From assembly GCA_028534125.1 (NCBI GenBank), contig CM052818.1:4218001-4282000 (forward strand): 64,000 bases of DNA, in the 5' to 3' direction. Below, piece after piece: positions 38,154-52,585 of this stretch. The notes beneath the pieces were generated by a model. That model worked only from the letters and a program-made list of their open reading frames with translations. It did no database searches and was not told the DNA's origin. The stretch comes from Lama glama. Its lineage: Eukaryota. The translations under genes were made by a program, and so were the position numbers. Positions within the stretch are counted from its first letter, which is position 1; every line of letters begins with the position of its first letter.

Positions 38154-39227
38154 CTTGTAACCTCCTCTGGAACCCTGTCCGAAGGAGAATAACATTTTTC
38201 TGAAAGTCTACTACTAGTTAGTTATACAACCTTAAGCAAACTCCTAGGACCAAATTTCCTTTACTGTAAAACATAAAGTTTAGATTAAGTAATCTCTGAG
38301 GTCTTTCCCAGCTCAGCTATGGTCTAATGGTAAACCCTGAGGGTTCTACAAAGATTTTCTTCAGCTCAGATGCTTTTAAAGGGGACCATCCATTGCGAGT
38401 GGGTAGTAAGGGTGGAACCTGAGTTTAGGGAGACTGGGCAATAATTGCCCAAATAGGGTCCATCGGATAGTTGACTTCTTGCAGTTCATCGCGTACCAGG
38501 AGTGATCCTGGCCAGTGTTATTGGGTGTTCTTGGGCGGGCAGGTTGATACCGATAAGATGCCAAGCCTTGTAGGTGTCTGTTGTTCTGAATTATAGCAGA
38601 ATTGAGTTAACTTTCGGACACATATTACAGCAAGGTCTTCTCTTTCATAGTTAAAATATTCATCTGGACAAAATATATTAACAAAATATAAAGTCTTCAG
38701 CAGATAAGACTTTCCAAACCGTTTCTCCTCCTCTTCCCCTCCCTGGTCCACCCTGCTAGAACACTCATCTTCTTCCCTTAACTTGCTTTATTTGATCCAG
38801 GCCCTGACTGGTTCATTGATGCCATTACTCCCAACTCCTCCTCTTTATTTCATCACATTGCTTTGACATATATACACAGTCTCATAGCCTGGTTGTGCTT
38901 TTGCCTGAGAAAACTATCAATTTACCCAAAATTCAGGGGAATTTCGCCCTCTTGATGAAAGCTAACTTTCATAGGGAAAAGGAGGGGGCTCCCTGGGGTA
39001 CTAGCCTACCACACGGGAAAACAGTTGCTCTCCGAAGTACAGATGACAACGTCATGGGTGAGAAGTATGGGTAAGAAGATGGGGCAGATGAAGAATCAAA
39101 ACTTTCCAGGCTTTAACAGCAAGCTGGAGGACGGGGTGAGCTCTTTGATCTTGGCCATTCAGATCACAAAGAGAATCTACTCAACTTGATCAAATCAGGT
39201 CTCCTGAGGGTCAGAGTGAAGTAGCGG

Positions 39228-39582
39228 TGCTAATGTCCTGAATGTCTGTGTGCCCCCTAAAATTCATAAGTTGAAATGTAATGCCAAGTGTGGAGGCAGA
39301 GGCTTTGGGAGTTCTTAGGTCATGAGGGAGGAGCCCTGGCGATGGGGTTACCGCTCTGATAAAAGGAACCCCAGAGCTACCCTGTGCTTCCTCCTGCATA
39401 TGAGGACACAGCGAGAAGACAGCTATCTATGAACCGGAAACTGGGCTCTCACTAGACACTAAATCTGCCAGCACCTTGACCTTGGACTTCCTGGCCTCCA
39501 GAACTGTGAGAAATAAATTTCTGTTGTTTATAAGCCACCTTGTGTGTGGTATTCTGTTTTAGCAACAGAACAGACTAAGACA
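39228..39582 (+). mobile_element. MLT1A-like MaLR solo LTR
   Basis: tgcta...gaatgtctgtgtgccccctaaaattcata...gcctccagaactgtgagaaataaatttctgttgtttataagcc...gactaagaca. Confidence 0.88.
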
Positions 39583-40554
39583 AGTAGGAAGAACATTTGG
39601 CCACAATCAAAAGAACCCAATCTTAGTTTCATGTTGGCCCCAACCAGCTGTGCAACCTCTCTGGACCTCAGGCTTCACACCTCTAAAATAAGGGACTGAA
39701 CTGGAGAGTTACAAATAACAGATTAGATACTTACATGTATTTCTGATCCTTCCTAGTATCCATGAAAACAACTGCAAAGGGATTTTTAGCAACAACAACA
39801 ACAACAAAAATGGAAGAGAAGAAACAGCAGTAGAATTTGGAAGTTAGAGAGCAGATGGACTTAGCGGTCCAAGAAGTCCAAATCCCCAAATTCAGTGATG
39901 ACAGCTTGAGAAACAGCCATGTTTGCACCAGTGAATCCCCAGAAGGCCCAGGAATTAGTAGGACTTGGTGCTTTGGAAGTCAGAGTAAAAATGAGGCTGA
40001 AAACAACAAAACGGGAAGTCTGTGGAAGAAAACACTGGACTCCAGATCTTCTCCCAACCTTACAGAGCTGGAGCTGGAGGTCTGCCCCAGCTCACCCAGG
40101 AGAAGACTGGAGGGCTGTTCTTTGGAGATGATTAAGCAGAGGGACTCTGGATTTGTGACATAAAGCACAGTTGATGGATGAATGGAAAACACTCGCAGGT
40201 ACCACTGGAAAACAGGCAGATTACATGAACGTTTATAACCTGAATGGTGAGAGCTCCAGCCATGACGTGGTACTGCCCAGCCTGTAACCTCCAGGCGGGA
40301 GGATGGGAGATCCTTCTCTCTGAATCTGATCAGTCCAAGAGAAAAGAACAGAAGTTAGATTTTGTTCCCAAAGGATATATTCCAACCAGGGATGCTAGAG
40401 TCATGTCCATAGTGGACAAGCCTTTGCCTTGTGCCCAGAGCTCCAAGACAGCCTCCTGGTGCCCCATTCTTAAGTTTGAACAGAGAGTCAAGAATCCCCA
40501 GACACCTGAGGAAAGCATCTAATGTAGCAAATAGATCAAAGCAAATAGAAAAAA

Positions 40555-40795
40555 TAAGAGCTGACTCTTACTGACTGTATATATGAACTTGGCACTATTC
40601 TAAGTATTTTATATGTATTTACTCATTTAATCCTCCTAACAAGCACTTGAGTTAATATTATTGTTAACCCCATTGAAATGAAGAAACTGACACGCAGACA
40701 TTAAATAACTTGCCCAAGGTCACCCAGCCAGTAAGTGGGGAATTTGTTATTTTAACCAAGGCAATCTGGCTGATATCTATGCTGTTAACCATGAA
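40555..40795 (-). mobile_element. MIR SINE
   Basis: actcatttaatcctcctaacaa...gaagaaactga...taaataacttgcccaaggtcaccca. Confidence 0.8.
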
Positions 40796-41079
40796 ACCAA
40801 AAGTAATAATGACAAATTAATTAAATAAAACACCCTCGTTAGTCATTAAGACCATTCAGAGAAAATAGAACTCCAAAAGGTAACAATACAATCCTCTGTA
40901 ATATAAGAGACGAAATTCCATCTAAGAAAATAAGGATGCTGTTAAAAAGGGATATTAAGAGAACCAAAAGAATCTCCTTAGCAATTAAAAATATGGAAAC
41001 ATATTCCTCGGAATGGAAGTCTTTCAGAAAGTAGAGTGAGTCACAGCTTTGTAGCTGGTCTCCCAGCTTCCAAACTTGG

Positions 41080-41732
41080 TGCACTCTCCCCAGACTATTC
41101 TCAGTGCAGTGGGCAGAGTGCTTAATGTTAAACCCTCTCTTACAGCCACATTGATTCCTTGCTTGAAGCTCTCCAGCAAACTGCCCTCACAGTTAGGATA
41201 AAATTCACACACTTACTGTGGCCTGTGAGGTCCTGCATGATCTGGTGTATGGCCTCCTCATCAATGTCAACTCTGGCCATTTCTTCCTTACTTCTTCCAG
41301 CCCCCCTAGCCTCTTGCTCTTCTATACCTCACCAAGCTTGCTCCTACCTCAGGGCCTTTGCACTTGCTGGTTCCTCAGCTTATAAAGCTCTTCTCCCAGA
41401 TCTTTACGGAGCTGGCTTCTTCAAATCTGCAAGAAGCCAAGCTTTCCCTGACCTTCCAACCTAAACCACCTCCAATTCCTTTCTGCCTAATTCAATGAAT
41501 TGTCACTTGCTGTCCCTTTACCCTGCTCTACTTTCTTCATAACACTATCAGAAATTATATGCCTATGCACGTGCTCTTATTTGTTTGTTTGATTGCTTGA
41601 CTGATTGATCTAGACTGTGAACTCCATGGGGGCTGGAACTTTGTCTTATTCACTGCCGAATCCCCAACACCTACGTGGTACTGGTACAGTGGGAGCATTA
41701 AAGAGATATTTGTTAAAAAAAATGAATAAATC
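41080..41732 (+). mobile_element. LINE-2 3' region
   Basis: ctcagggcctttgcacttgctg, ctagactgtgaactccatg, ttgtcttattcactg, atatttgtt. Confidence 0.8.
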
Positions 41733-42134
41733 ATGTTAGATGCCAAAAACAATGATTCCAACTGCAATGACTGTTTTTATAGAATCCCTAAATTTTCAAT
41801 CTGCAAAATAATAAAGAAAGCGTTTTTGCCAAGGAAATCAGTTTCATTTTTGTTACGCCCACAAGCCCTGGAGGGGGTAGCTGCGAACATCTTATCTAGG
41901 CAGAGCAGTGTGCTCTGACATTTCTTCTGTGAACCCCAGAGGGGTCTCCTTTCTGGCAGAGCCTCAGGCACAGAAGGGGAGCAACACAACACTTCTGTTA
42001 GCTGAGTATGTAAACAAGCCAGCGGCTGGCTCCGCTTGTCATCTGAGTAAGTACGATGCTTCCACTGGGACACACCAAGGGAGAAGCATTCTCAGTTCCA
42101 AATGAGCTAAATTCTCCAGCAAAGTGAGTCTTGT

Positions 42135-42672
42135 CTTTTCTTTTTTAGTGAGGTATAGCTGATGTAAAATATTATATAAATTTTAGGTGGACAACACAGT
42201 GATTCACAATTTTAAGGTTATATTTCATTTATAGTCATTATAAAATATTGGCTATATTCCCCTGTACTATATATTCTTGTAGCCTATTTGTTTGATACAC
42301 GGTATTTTGTACCTCTTCTGTCCCTACCCCCATCTGGCTCCTCCCACTTCCCTCTCCCCTCTGGTAACCGCTAATTTGTTCTCTACATTTGTAAGATTCT
42401 TTTTTGTTATATTCACTAGTTTATTTTATTTTCCAGATTCTACATACAGGTAGTATCACACAGTATTTGTCTTTCTCTGTCTGACTTTCTTCACTTAGTA
42501 TAATACCAAGTCCATCCACGTTGTTGCAAATGGCATAATTTCGTTCTTTTTTATGGCTAAGTTGTATCCAGTCATCTGTTGATGGACACTCAGGTTGCTT
42601 CCATATCTTTGCTACTGATAATAATGCCGCTAGGAACATTGCATGTATCTTTTCGAATTAGTGTTTTCATTA
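42135..42672 (-). mobile_element. L1 3' end
   Basis: agattctacatacagg, cagtatttgtctttctctgtctgact, tccatccacgttgttgcaaatggc. Confidence 0.85.
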
Positions 42673-44959
42673 CCAACTGCCATTTTAAGAGTCTAGAGAC
42701 ATTTTTTTCTTAGTGGAATCCAAAAATTAATCACACTAAAATTCAAATACCTGTTCTAATTCAAGGATTCTATAAATTTCTCTGTGTGTTCAGATGAAGG
42801 TGACCTTTTATGTCCTCTATATTTTTTAGTGCTCTTAAAAAACAAAATGTACTCATTTGGTTGTTTATTATTTACTGATGCTCAAACTGTTCTTCCTTGA
42901 AGTTCATAGAAGACTTTGGTCATCCCACTTCCTAAATGAAAGGGTCAGAGCTACAGACATACATTTTAATGCCTCATGCTGAGAACTGTTCTAACCTTGG
43001 GTTTCTGCAAGCTTACTCCCAACAAAAAAGTCTATTAATTTTAGCTTTCTGGTATAAATAATTCAGAGAGTCTAACTTTGAAACAGAGTTATGGGTGCTC
43101 GATTCTCTACTATCCACAGCCTCAGAGATCCCACCTTGGTGGCCAGTTCGGGGTCTTTTCCATCAGCAGTGTGTGGAAGCTGACAGCACCACTGGGTCCA
43201 CCAGCCCTGCCTGTTGCCTTTTGGAGACAGGACAAAAACTCAGAGACCTGCTGTGCTTAGAATTCTCATCACAATGCAGCTAAAAGGTGGAGTCCTTGTC
43301 TTAACACTCCTCCGTACATAGGTAGATGTAGAAGGGAAAAAGGAAAGGCCAGATAGGGTAGTTCCATATCAATATCATTCAGAGGTATCTCTTCCAATCC
43401 TTGGCCTGGTTGCTTTCAATACAAAGGTGGAAGAGGCAAGTTTACAAAATAATGCATCCCCTAGGGACTCCATACTCTGAAACCAAACCATCCTGGTTCT
43501 GAACCATAGGCTGAGACCACAAGGCAAAGGACCTTCAGGAACGATGTTACCACCCATCTCATAGAGTTATGAGGACTAAGTAATCAATCATGCTTGTAAA
43601 GTGCTTAATAGAGTACACAGAGACACTTGATTCATTAGAATTAATAGTATATATTATTATTTTACTACTACTATATTCTATATCACAGTAGCCAAAACGA
43701 ACATTTCTCTCTTTCCATCCTCAACAAAGCAGAACGTGGAGCACAAGCTAGCTAGTTGAAGCTCAGTGGAAGGGAACAGAGAGGGAGTGGAATCAAGGGG
43801 AATTCACTCATTCTGTATTTGGACAGGAGAGCTGGTTCTGCCCAAGGTGAGTTAAATAAAGCAATACACATTTATGTGAAAAAGGACGAGCACAAGGAAG
43901 AAAGAGGAGAGGAGAAGAAAAAGAAAAAAAGAAAGACCTGCAAAAGAAAAATGAGTAGTCTACTCTGGAAGAAAGAAATATCATGGAAGACAAAAGGAAA
44001 TACACACAAAAATGCTGGAAATCTTAAATACAGAAAGAGAATACGGAAGCCCTGAACCAAGAAATACACTTATCAAACATAATAAAATAAAAAGATATAT
44101 TTCTGAGCTAAAGATATTCTACACTTCCAACCGAGAGTGAAGCTCTACTCAGACAAAAACTCACTCCCTTAGCCACGTGCAGGACCCACGAAAGAATAAA
44201 AAGAAGTGTATGTTCAATTCAAGAAAATATGAAAAAGCCAACAAAATTAAAATGAGGAAAGCAGAAGCAAAATCATTCATCTAACAGCAGAAAGTAACAA
44301 ACAAGAAAAGAGCAAGCAGTCGACTTGAGAAGTAAATCCACCTCATGCTTCCCAGCAACCAAATGCCTGGTTTCCATACGACCAGTCATTAAGGGACAAG
44401 AGCCGGAAGTGTGTCCTATTCATTTTTGCAACATCACAGCTTAGGACAACAAACAGCTGTCAGATAACTGTGCGACAAGAGTCCTGAATCTCCAGATTTG
44501 CAGGAGAGAGATCGTCTCTGCTTTCTTGGGTGAATCTTTGCCACACGGAGGGGGGTTGTGCCGAGAAGGCACAGGGCAGAGAGTGGGGGAACCCCAGTGC
44601 CTGTGGAGGTGACTTTACAAGAAAAGTGCCCACACAGCCCTGTAAACCAATCACACTTTAATAAAAAATAAATTTTTTTTAATTTAAAAAAGAAATGTGC
44701 CCAATCTGTTGATTTCATTCCATTTACGTCTTCCTCGCCGCCGTCTCCATTTCTACCAGCGCCCAGTCTGGGGCGCGCTTGCCTTGGCCTCCCCTCAGGC
44801 TCTTAACCAGTTCAGGGGCCATAAACACGGATAGAAAAACATTCCTTGTCATTCTCACCAACCTGTAACTCAACTTTAGCGTTTCCTGCTGTTCTGACAT
44901 AGGTAACAAGCAGCTCTAGAAAGAGTAGTCCCTGAAACTGGCCCCAGGGAAATGCCAGA

Positions 44960-45772
44960 TATTTCACGTTCCACTGCGGTTTGGTAAGAGATCGCAAAAT
45001 GTCATTCACAGTCATCACTGCTTCAAAATTATGGTACTTTTCAGCCCTGATATTTGTCTGATAATTTAAGGCTTTCAATGAAGATTTAACATGAAGGAAT
45101 TTAATATAAATATTCATACAATTACAGGCTAAATTTTTTAAATATTTTGATAAGTATATATCAGTATAATTAATTTTTCTGGCATCCCTGTCTATTTTAT
45201 TTAATGAATTTGAAAACACTGTTTTTTTCGGTTGGGTTTTTTGTGGGGTTTTTTGGAGGGGGCGGAAAATGTTTTCATTGTGGTAAAATATACAAAACAT
45301 AAAATTTGCCATTTTAACCATTTTCAAGTGTACAATTAGGTGGCATTAATCACATTCACAGTGTTGTGGGTCCATCACCATGATCTAATTCCAAAATTTC
45401 TTCCTGACTCCAAACACAAGTTCTGCACCCATTAAGCAGTAACTCCCCATTCCACTCTGCCCTTAGATCCTGGTAACCTTTAACCTACTTTCTGTCTCTC
45501 TGAATTTGCCTATTGTAGGTATTTCACGTAAGTGGAATCATACAACATTTGTCCTTTTGTGTTTGGATTATTTCCCTTAGAATGATACTTTCAAGGTTCA
45601 TCCATGTTGTAGCATGTTTGAATGTCATTCCTTCTTGCAGCTGAACAATAGTCCAGTATATATATACACACACATCACATTTTTTTGAAAACATTGCTCT
45701 GCGAAGGGGCTATGAGCGTCACTGGATGCCAAAAGCACCTGCACCCATGACACTCAAAGTTTAAGGACTCTG
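44960..45772. mobile_element. hAT-Charlie (Charlie4-like) element interrupted by an L1MB-like fragment (~45222-45683, minus strand)
   Basis: Charlie-like end gaaggggctatgagcgtcactggatgccaaaag...aaagtttaaggactctg; L1 flanked by TSD tttgaaaaca(c/t)tg at 45209-45221 and 45684-45696. Confidence 0.65.
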
Positions 45773-45989
45773 TATCAGGGTGAGCTGTCAAGGGTGAATG
45801 AGACTTTTCACAGAAGGAAAAAAACCAAGTGGGACTTGTGCTATGCTCAGGTTTTGAGGAAGTCTACTTGACCTGAGAGATGATTTATCACTTAATGATA
45901 GGACTTAGGGCGGCAGGCATTCAGTTGGCTTATGAGAAAGCACACGGAGGACCTAGGAAAATCATTTAAAGGCTGCAGCACAGGGAGAT

Positions 45990-46205
45990 CATGAGCTCGT
46001 GCTCTGGAGGCGAACTGCTGGGGCTCAAATCTCAGTCCGCTGTTTATGCCTCGCGTGACTTTGAGCAGCCTTTCTGAGTGGAGGCTTGATTTCCTCATCT
46101 GTAACAAGACAATTGCAGGGGCGAGTACGAACGAGCAAGACAATTCCTGTAAAGGGCTTCGGCTCAGCCCCTGACCCACGGTGGGTGCCCCACGCTGTTA
46201 GCAAT
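45990..46205 (+). mobile_element. MIR SINE
   Basis: gggctcaaatctcagtcc...gtgactttgagcag...tttcctcatctgtaa. Confidence 0.75.
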
Positions 46206-49200
46206 AAAGCCGGCCACGTTTGTTTCCAGCAACTTCCTCCTCAGCATCCTTTCTCCTGTTTTCCCCCTAATGATGAGATGCCGCCCTCACACCATCACAC
46301 AGACCTGCTTCATAAGGTTACTTTCTGTCTCTCCTCCCTGCTTTTCATCCTCGTACGAGAACCCCCTCTCAGATAAGGCTGCAAGATTATTTAGGTTTCT
46401 GAGTGTTTCTCTGGTTTTAGTTCCCTCTTCCAGGGATGACAATCCTATCATTGTGTGAGAAGACTTTCTTCTCCCTAGCAAAAATCATTTTGGTTTCCAA
46501 GAGCAGATAAAGGTAATGTTTCTCTTCCCCTGCAGAGTGCTTGCACTCTGCTTCTCTACACCCCACTTGTCCAGTTCAATTCAAGTCTGACCTTGTCCAA
46601 AAAGCCTCCCCACCTCTCATCTTCACTTCTGATGCCGCTGAACTCCGAACACATAGGCCTGCCGGCCATCTGGACATCCGGCCAAGCCTGTCTTCTTTAC
46701 CTCTCCCCTCTGCTTTTCTACGGAGGGGCAGCTGTCTTCAGGGATGGGGACCTGGTATCTTTTCTTTTATATCCTTAGGGACCCCCAGCCAAGCAAGGTA
46801 AGGATAGACCAGCTGTAATCACTTTTTAGGAGTTCTTCCCTAAAGCCTCCTGATCTCCACGTCTGTGCTGAGTTCCCAGGGGTGGGATGAGCTCAACTTG
46901 GCTCACAAAAGAACCAGGAATGTCTCTGCTAAACTCTTTAAGGGTCTCCAGAGAAGGCCAGAGTGAAGGTGAACAGTCACCTCAAGGGTTCTTGGAAAGG
47001 ATCCTTCTCTTTCCAAGATTGATGCTCCCCGAGCCCATGAGTGCTGCAGCAGGGAACCTCTGGACTGAGCTCCGCGGGAGCTTTGGGGTCTCACCCTGGC
47101 TCATACAGTGACCAGCTGTGTGACCTTGAACTTCTCTTCCCCACTCTGGGCTTCGGTTTCATTAACTGTAAAAATTAATGATTGGAATTCGATATTCTCA
47201 CACTCCAGGAAAGAGAGCTAGACTCATTCCTCACGGACACAGTCCAAAATTTCTATTTTTCAAGAAGCAGGACGCACATTTATAATTTGCTGGAAATCTC
47301 ACAAATTCTTTAGCATTCTTTTCCACAATGAGCATGGAACTTGTTTCACGCTTGAGGGCTTGCTGTGGTGACCGCCACTCCCATGGTGTCTCTGATTTAA
47401 GAAATATATTTTTTAAATGTCTGCTCACTAGGCAAAACCTCTAAAAGCTTGGTTCTAAACCTACCCTTCTCTTTCACTTTAGTGAAAAAAAGATGGTTTG
47501 ATTTTACAAAATTGTGTTTTTATTCTTCAGTATGTGACAATGTGATATCTCTTTGCATAATGAAAGTATTTCGAGGACAGAAAAGAAACACGTCAACGCG
47601 AGTGCCACCTTGTTGGGCTGTCCACCAGTTTTTGAAGAAGCCATCAGCGGGGCAGACCACCACTCAGTGCAATGAATCAGCCACGAATTTGAACGTGACG
47701 TGGTATCGGAGGTTCATCTCCTGGTTCAACTTCCACGTGCAGACATTGAACCTATTCAAAGGTTTAGCTCTAGCTTCTGTAATAGGCACAAAGTGGTCCT
47801 CGGACCTCCAGTCTTGGCACTCAGATGCTAAAAAGTATTAATGGTTTTACCAAAGCAGACTTACAGGAAGAAGAGATAAATCAGTCAAATCTCGTTAGGA
47901 CAGAGAGAAGTTTGTAGGCAAGAAGAGCATGCATCAGCATTGTTCTCAGAATCCGTAAGGTCATAGAATCAGCACTATGCAGGGCTCACTCAAAAACACA
48001 TCACACTATAACTCGGAACAGGATGTGGGAGGGTGGAAATTATAGGAACACTCCAGTCAGGGATTACATACATACAGATTTTTAAATTTCACTTGATAAC
48101 ACTTTCATTCACTGTAAAATCACAGACACAATATCTAGAAATAGTACAGAAGGGTAAACAAGTGAAAATGTGGTATTTTAGGCTGAAAATCAGAAAGAGG
48201 TTTGGTTGTCACATATAAAAAAACCTCCTATTTAATACAGTCAACTCTTGTTTGTCATTCCTAATGGAAAAGATGAGCATAATGACAAGTTATATCATCT
48301 TATTATATTTTAGTCCAAATACTTTCTTAATTTTAGAATGCAATATGTAATTTTATAAAAAATAAGAATTGTTTTCAAAGTATGTTGGCTTTAGGCTAAT
48401 ATTGAATTAGTTTTTATTCTCTAAGAGTATTCTGGTTAAACTGTAGGGTAAGTCTGCTGGCTGATGAATAGGAAGAAATAAACAGTTTTTTGAAATGTGT
48501 CTTCCAGGGAAACATAGTAACTATTAAAAAAAATAAACTTTGCTACCAAAAATAAAGAGTTGACTATAGTTGGAGGGGGAAACGCCAAACACATGTCAAT
48601 TAAATAGCATTATAATACGCTGCTCTAGAATTATTTAAGAAGAAAAGGACAAATCCACTCTATAGCTGTACACCTTCATGTCATGAAAATAAAATGAGAC
48701 TGAGAAACAAGTATTACACTGTTCAGATTAAGGCTGGTTAGAAACAGGCATAGGAACAGACATTAGTCGCTATTTCTGTGATCACAAAGATGCTCTAATT
48801 CTGAAGTTTCTAAAACCCAGAGCTCATCTTCTGACTGGAGACCAAGCTCCCATTTCCTTTCACACTTCTGCCACCAAATATCATTGCCTTGTTGTAACAG
48901 CATGTTATTAGGAACATAATGCATGCATAGCACTGTTAAGAAGGGTAAGGAAATAATTCACACAAAGAATAGTGAAAAGGGATGGTGGTGTTTCTAGACA
49001 CATAAGCCAAGGTGACAAGTCTTCCCTTGTCCACGGCACGACAACAGATATTGGTTCATTCTTTTGATTACTTGCATGCTTGAAAGAGTTTTCCCATATA
49101 TTATCTCATTGGCTCTTCACAACCACCTCACTGGTAGCTATCACAAGGATGGTCTTCATCCCCACCGAGGGGCTTTACCTTGTCCGCACAGGTGATGGAG

Positions 49201-49940
49201 CCAAGGCTGGATCAGATCTTCTGGTTCCAAATTTGCAAATTCCAAAATTCAAAATGCCAAACAAAGGAGGTGAGCTAGAAAGAGGGACGGGCCCTCAGTA
49301 AGCCTGTAGGTGCACTGAATCTCATTGTTGGGTACCCCTCCAACCATCTGGATGTCCCGTTTCTTTCCTGGGGGCCCAGGGTGAGAGTCAGGACCAGGGA
49401 TGAGAAGAGAAGTTTCCAGAAAGAGCCAGGAGGATTTTTGTATTCTTGCCCAGCCCTGCAAATGCTAGGAGTGAACTCAAGCTTATTAACCGTCCCAGAG
49501 TTGGGCTGCATCAGTGTCTGATGAGTAGCTGAGATGGTCCAGAGAGACCCTCACCCTACAAACACATGTACCACGGCCTTAGATGCCTACTGTGGTTGCC
49601 TTCTGGAAACCCCATTATTCCAAACTGTCTGTGTACCAATATGTTTCTTGGTTTAATCCCTATTTCTTTTGTCAATGAAATGTCATCAACATATATAAGT
49701 TTCACCAGTGCCTACTCATTGCACAAATTAGATGCTCAGTGAGTGTCAGCCACCGGTAATGGTGTCTAGTCCCACCAGTTTTAGAAATTCCGGAGCTCCT
49801 TGAATACAGTGTTCCCATGTTTGTCCATTTACTGTGTCCTCTGCAGCAAACCAAGAGTTCTTGGTTGATGGTGTGTACCTAAGCACACCGGTCAGTGTCC
49901 CAAAGGTCCTGTTCTGTGTTTAAACGTTGAGAGGGTGGAG

Positions 49941-50660
<720 letters not shown>

Positions 50661-50769
50661 TCAACCACTGGGATGAGGAAGCGCTAGAAGATGATATTAT
50701 TTTTGCAACACTGAGCCACAATCAAATGGTACCTGTGGAGGAAAGAGCAATGGTAGGTGGGCTTCGGGA

Positions 50770-50985
50770 AGGGGAGCCTTGAATGCCAGACCCAGCTGCA
50801 CCTCTTACAAGCTGTGCAAGCTCAGGCATGTTTTGTTTAATCTCCCTGAATCTCAATTTGCTTATCTGCAAACGTTTTTCTGTTTGTTTGTTTTTAAAGA
50901 TTAAATGGAATAATATATATACTATTTCTGGCACAGTTTTGAAAGTGGTATGTACTCAATAAATGGTAACTATTATTATTAAATA
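50770..50985 (+). mobile_element. MIR SINE
   Basis: cttacaagctgtgcaagctcaggca...tctcaatttgcttatctgcaaa...tactcaataaatggtaactattatt. Confidence 0.75.
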
Positions 50986-52389
50986 TAGTAATAACATCTC
51001 CTACGAGTTTCTAGACTGGCACTGTTCCCAGATCCTTCCTGTTTTCAGGGTCATTCATCCTAATTACCCCCACAGTTTAGAGTTAAAAGGATCTGATCAT
51101 TCCGAAGAATTGTTGGGAGCATTTGCCCTTTCTGTTAGAAACAGTGGCCAAAATTTTGTCTTCATTCCACATTTTAAAAAATATTGCTCTCCATGCAAAG
51201 GTAGAGGAAAAGCATGTGACCATTCATCTTATTTTCCAGGTTGAAAAATGGAGCTTAGTGAGAGATGAGTGACTTTCTCAAGGTCATGTACCCCAGGACT
51301 CTGGATAGAAAACATTTAACCCTATCTCATATGGTTGGCTTGAAAATCAATTGAGAATATACATGAACACGTTTTTGAAACCACCAAGCAACAGACAGTA
51401 AAAGATATTGCTTTTGTTCTTTCCCCCAAAACCACACGGCTGTTAGCACAGTGGTCCAGGAACCAAGAGAGAGCACTTTCTTGGGGATGTGAGTCATCTG
51501 TGCAGCATGAAAGCCTCCTTTCCAGAGAGAATACACATACTTATGCAGAGAGCTCTAGTTTCCTGGAAGACTTTCTGTGTCTGGCAGGCGGTAGACGCGG
51601 GAGAAGAGAAAGATGGGAAGTGAAGTGGGTGGGAATGAGTAATCAACACTGGAAATAAACACATTCTCACATGTCCACAGCTTATCCCAGGTGGAGCCAA
51701 GAGCCAGCGTGACAGGGGCCCGAGGGAAAGCCACACAAGGCTGTTTCCATTGCAGCCAATCCCTTTGAGGTCATATTTCTTGAGATTTTGATTGGAAGAG
51801 GAGGTTCCTTCTAATTTTTTGTTCTGATCATATTCTTGCTGCTCCTGACCCTCCCCACCACACAGACAACCAACTCCATTGAGTGTCATTCGGAGACTTC
51901 ACGGGAGCAAGACTCCTGCTCTAGCTCCCAGATGTTCGATGAAGTTGGATGGGTTGGATCCACCCTCTGGACACCCAGCTGGCTGCTTGACACGCTCCAC
52001 AACCAGCAACAATCGCTGGCACTCACCGGTCTCCCAGGGTGGATGCTGACAGTGGAATGGGAGTGTCTGTGGGGTGTTGCCAATGCTTTTGTCCGTGCGC
52101 ACACACGAAGGGCCTTTGTAAAGACCCCAGTGCTCCTGCAATAAGGAGGGCACCAAACCTCCTCTGAGTCATAACCAAAACTAAGAGTTTAGAGCTTTTG
52201 CTCCCACCAGCTCTCTCCTCCACCGCGTTCTGCTGATTGCTCTGCCAAAGAATATGTCTATATTCATACTTGCTTACTCTGTGAGTGTTCACTCTATAGT
52301 TCTATTCCTTCTTTGCCCACTAGTCATTCCCTAAGTCTATGATGTTTCAAACTCAGTGTTTATTCAACGAACACGTAGAAGAGAATGCT

Positions 52390-52585
52390 GATCTAGGAGT
52401 CAGAATACCAAGAATCTAATCCCAGCTTTGCCACAAACTCGCTATGTGAATTTGTCATTTCCTTAGCTTGTGGACTCAATTTCCTCATCTGTAACATGGG
52501 AATATCAACAGCACGGCCAAGCTCACTGAGGTACTCTGAGGCTCCAGTGAGACACAGCACATAACATAGGCTATTAATATACAAG
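52390..52585 (+). mobile_element. MIR SINE
   Basis: ggagtcagaa...aatcccagctttgccac...ctcaatttcctcatctgtaacatggg. Confidence 0.75.
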
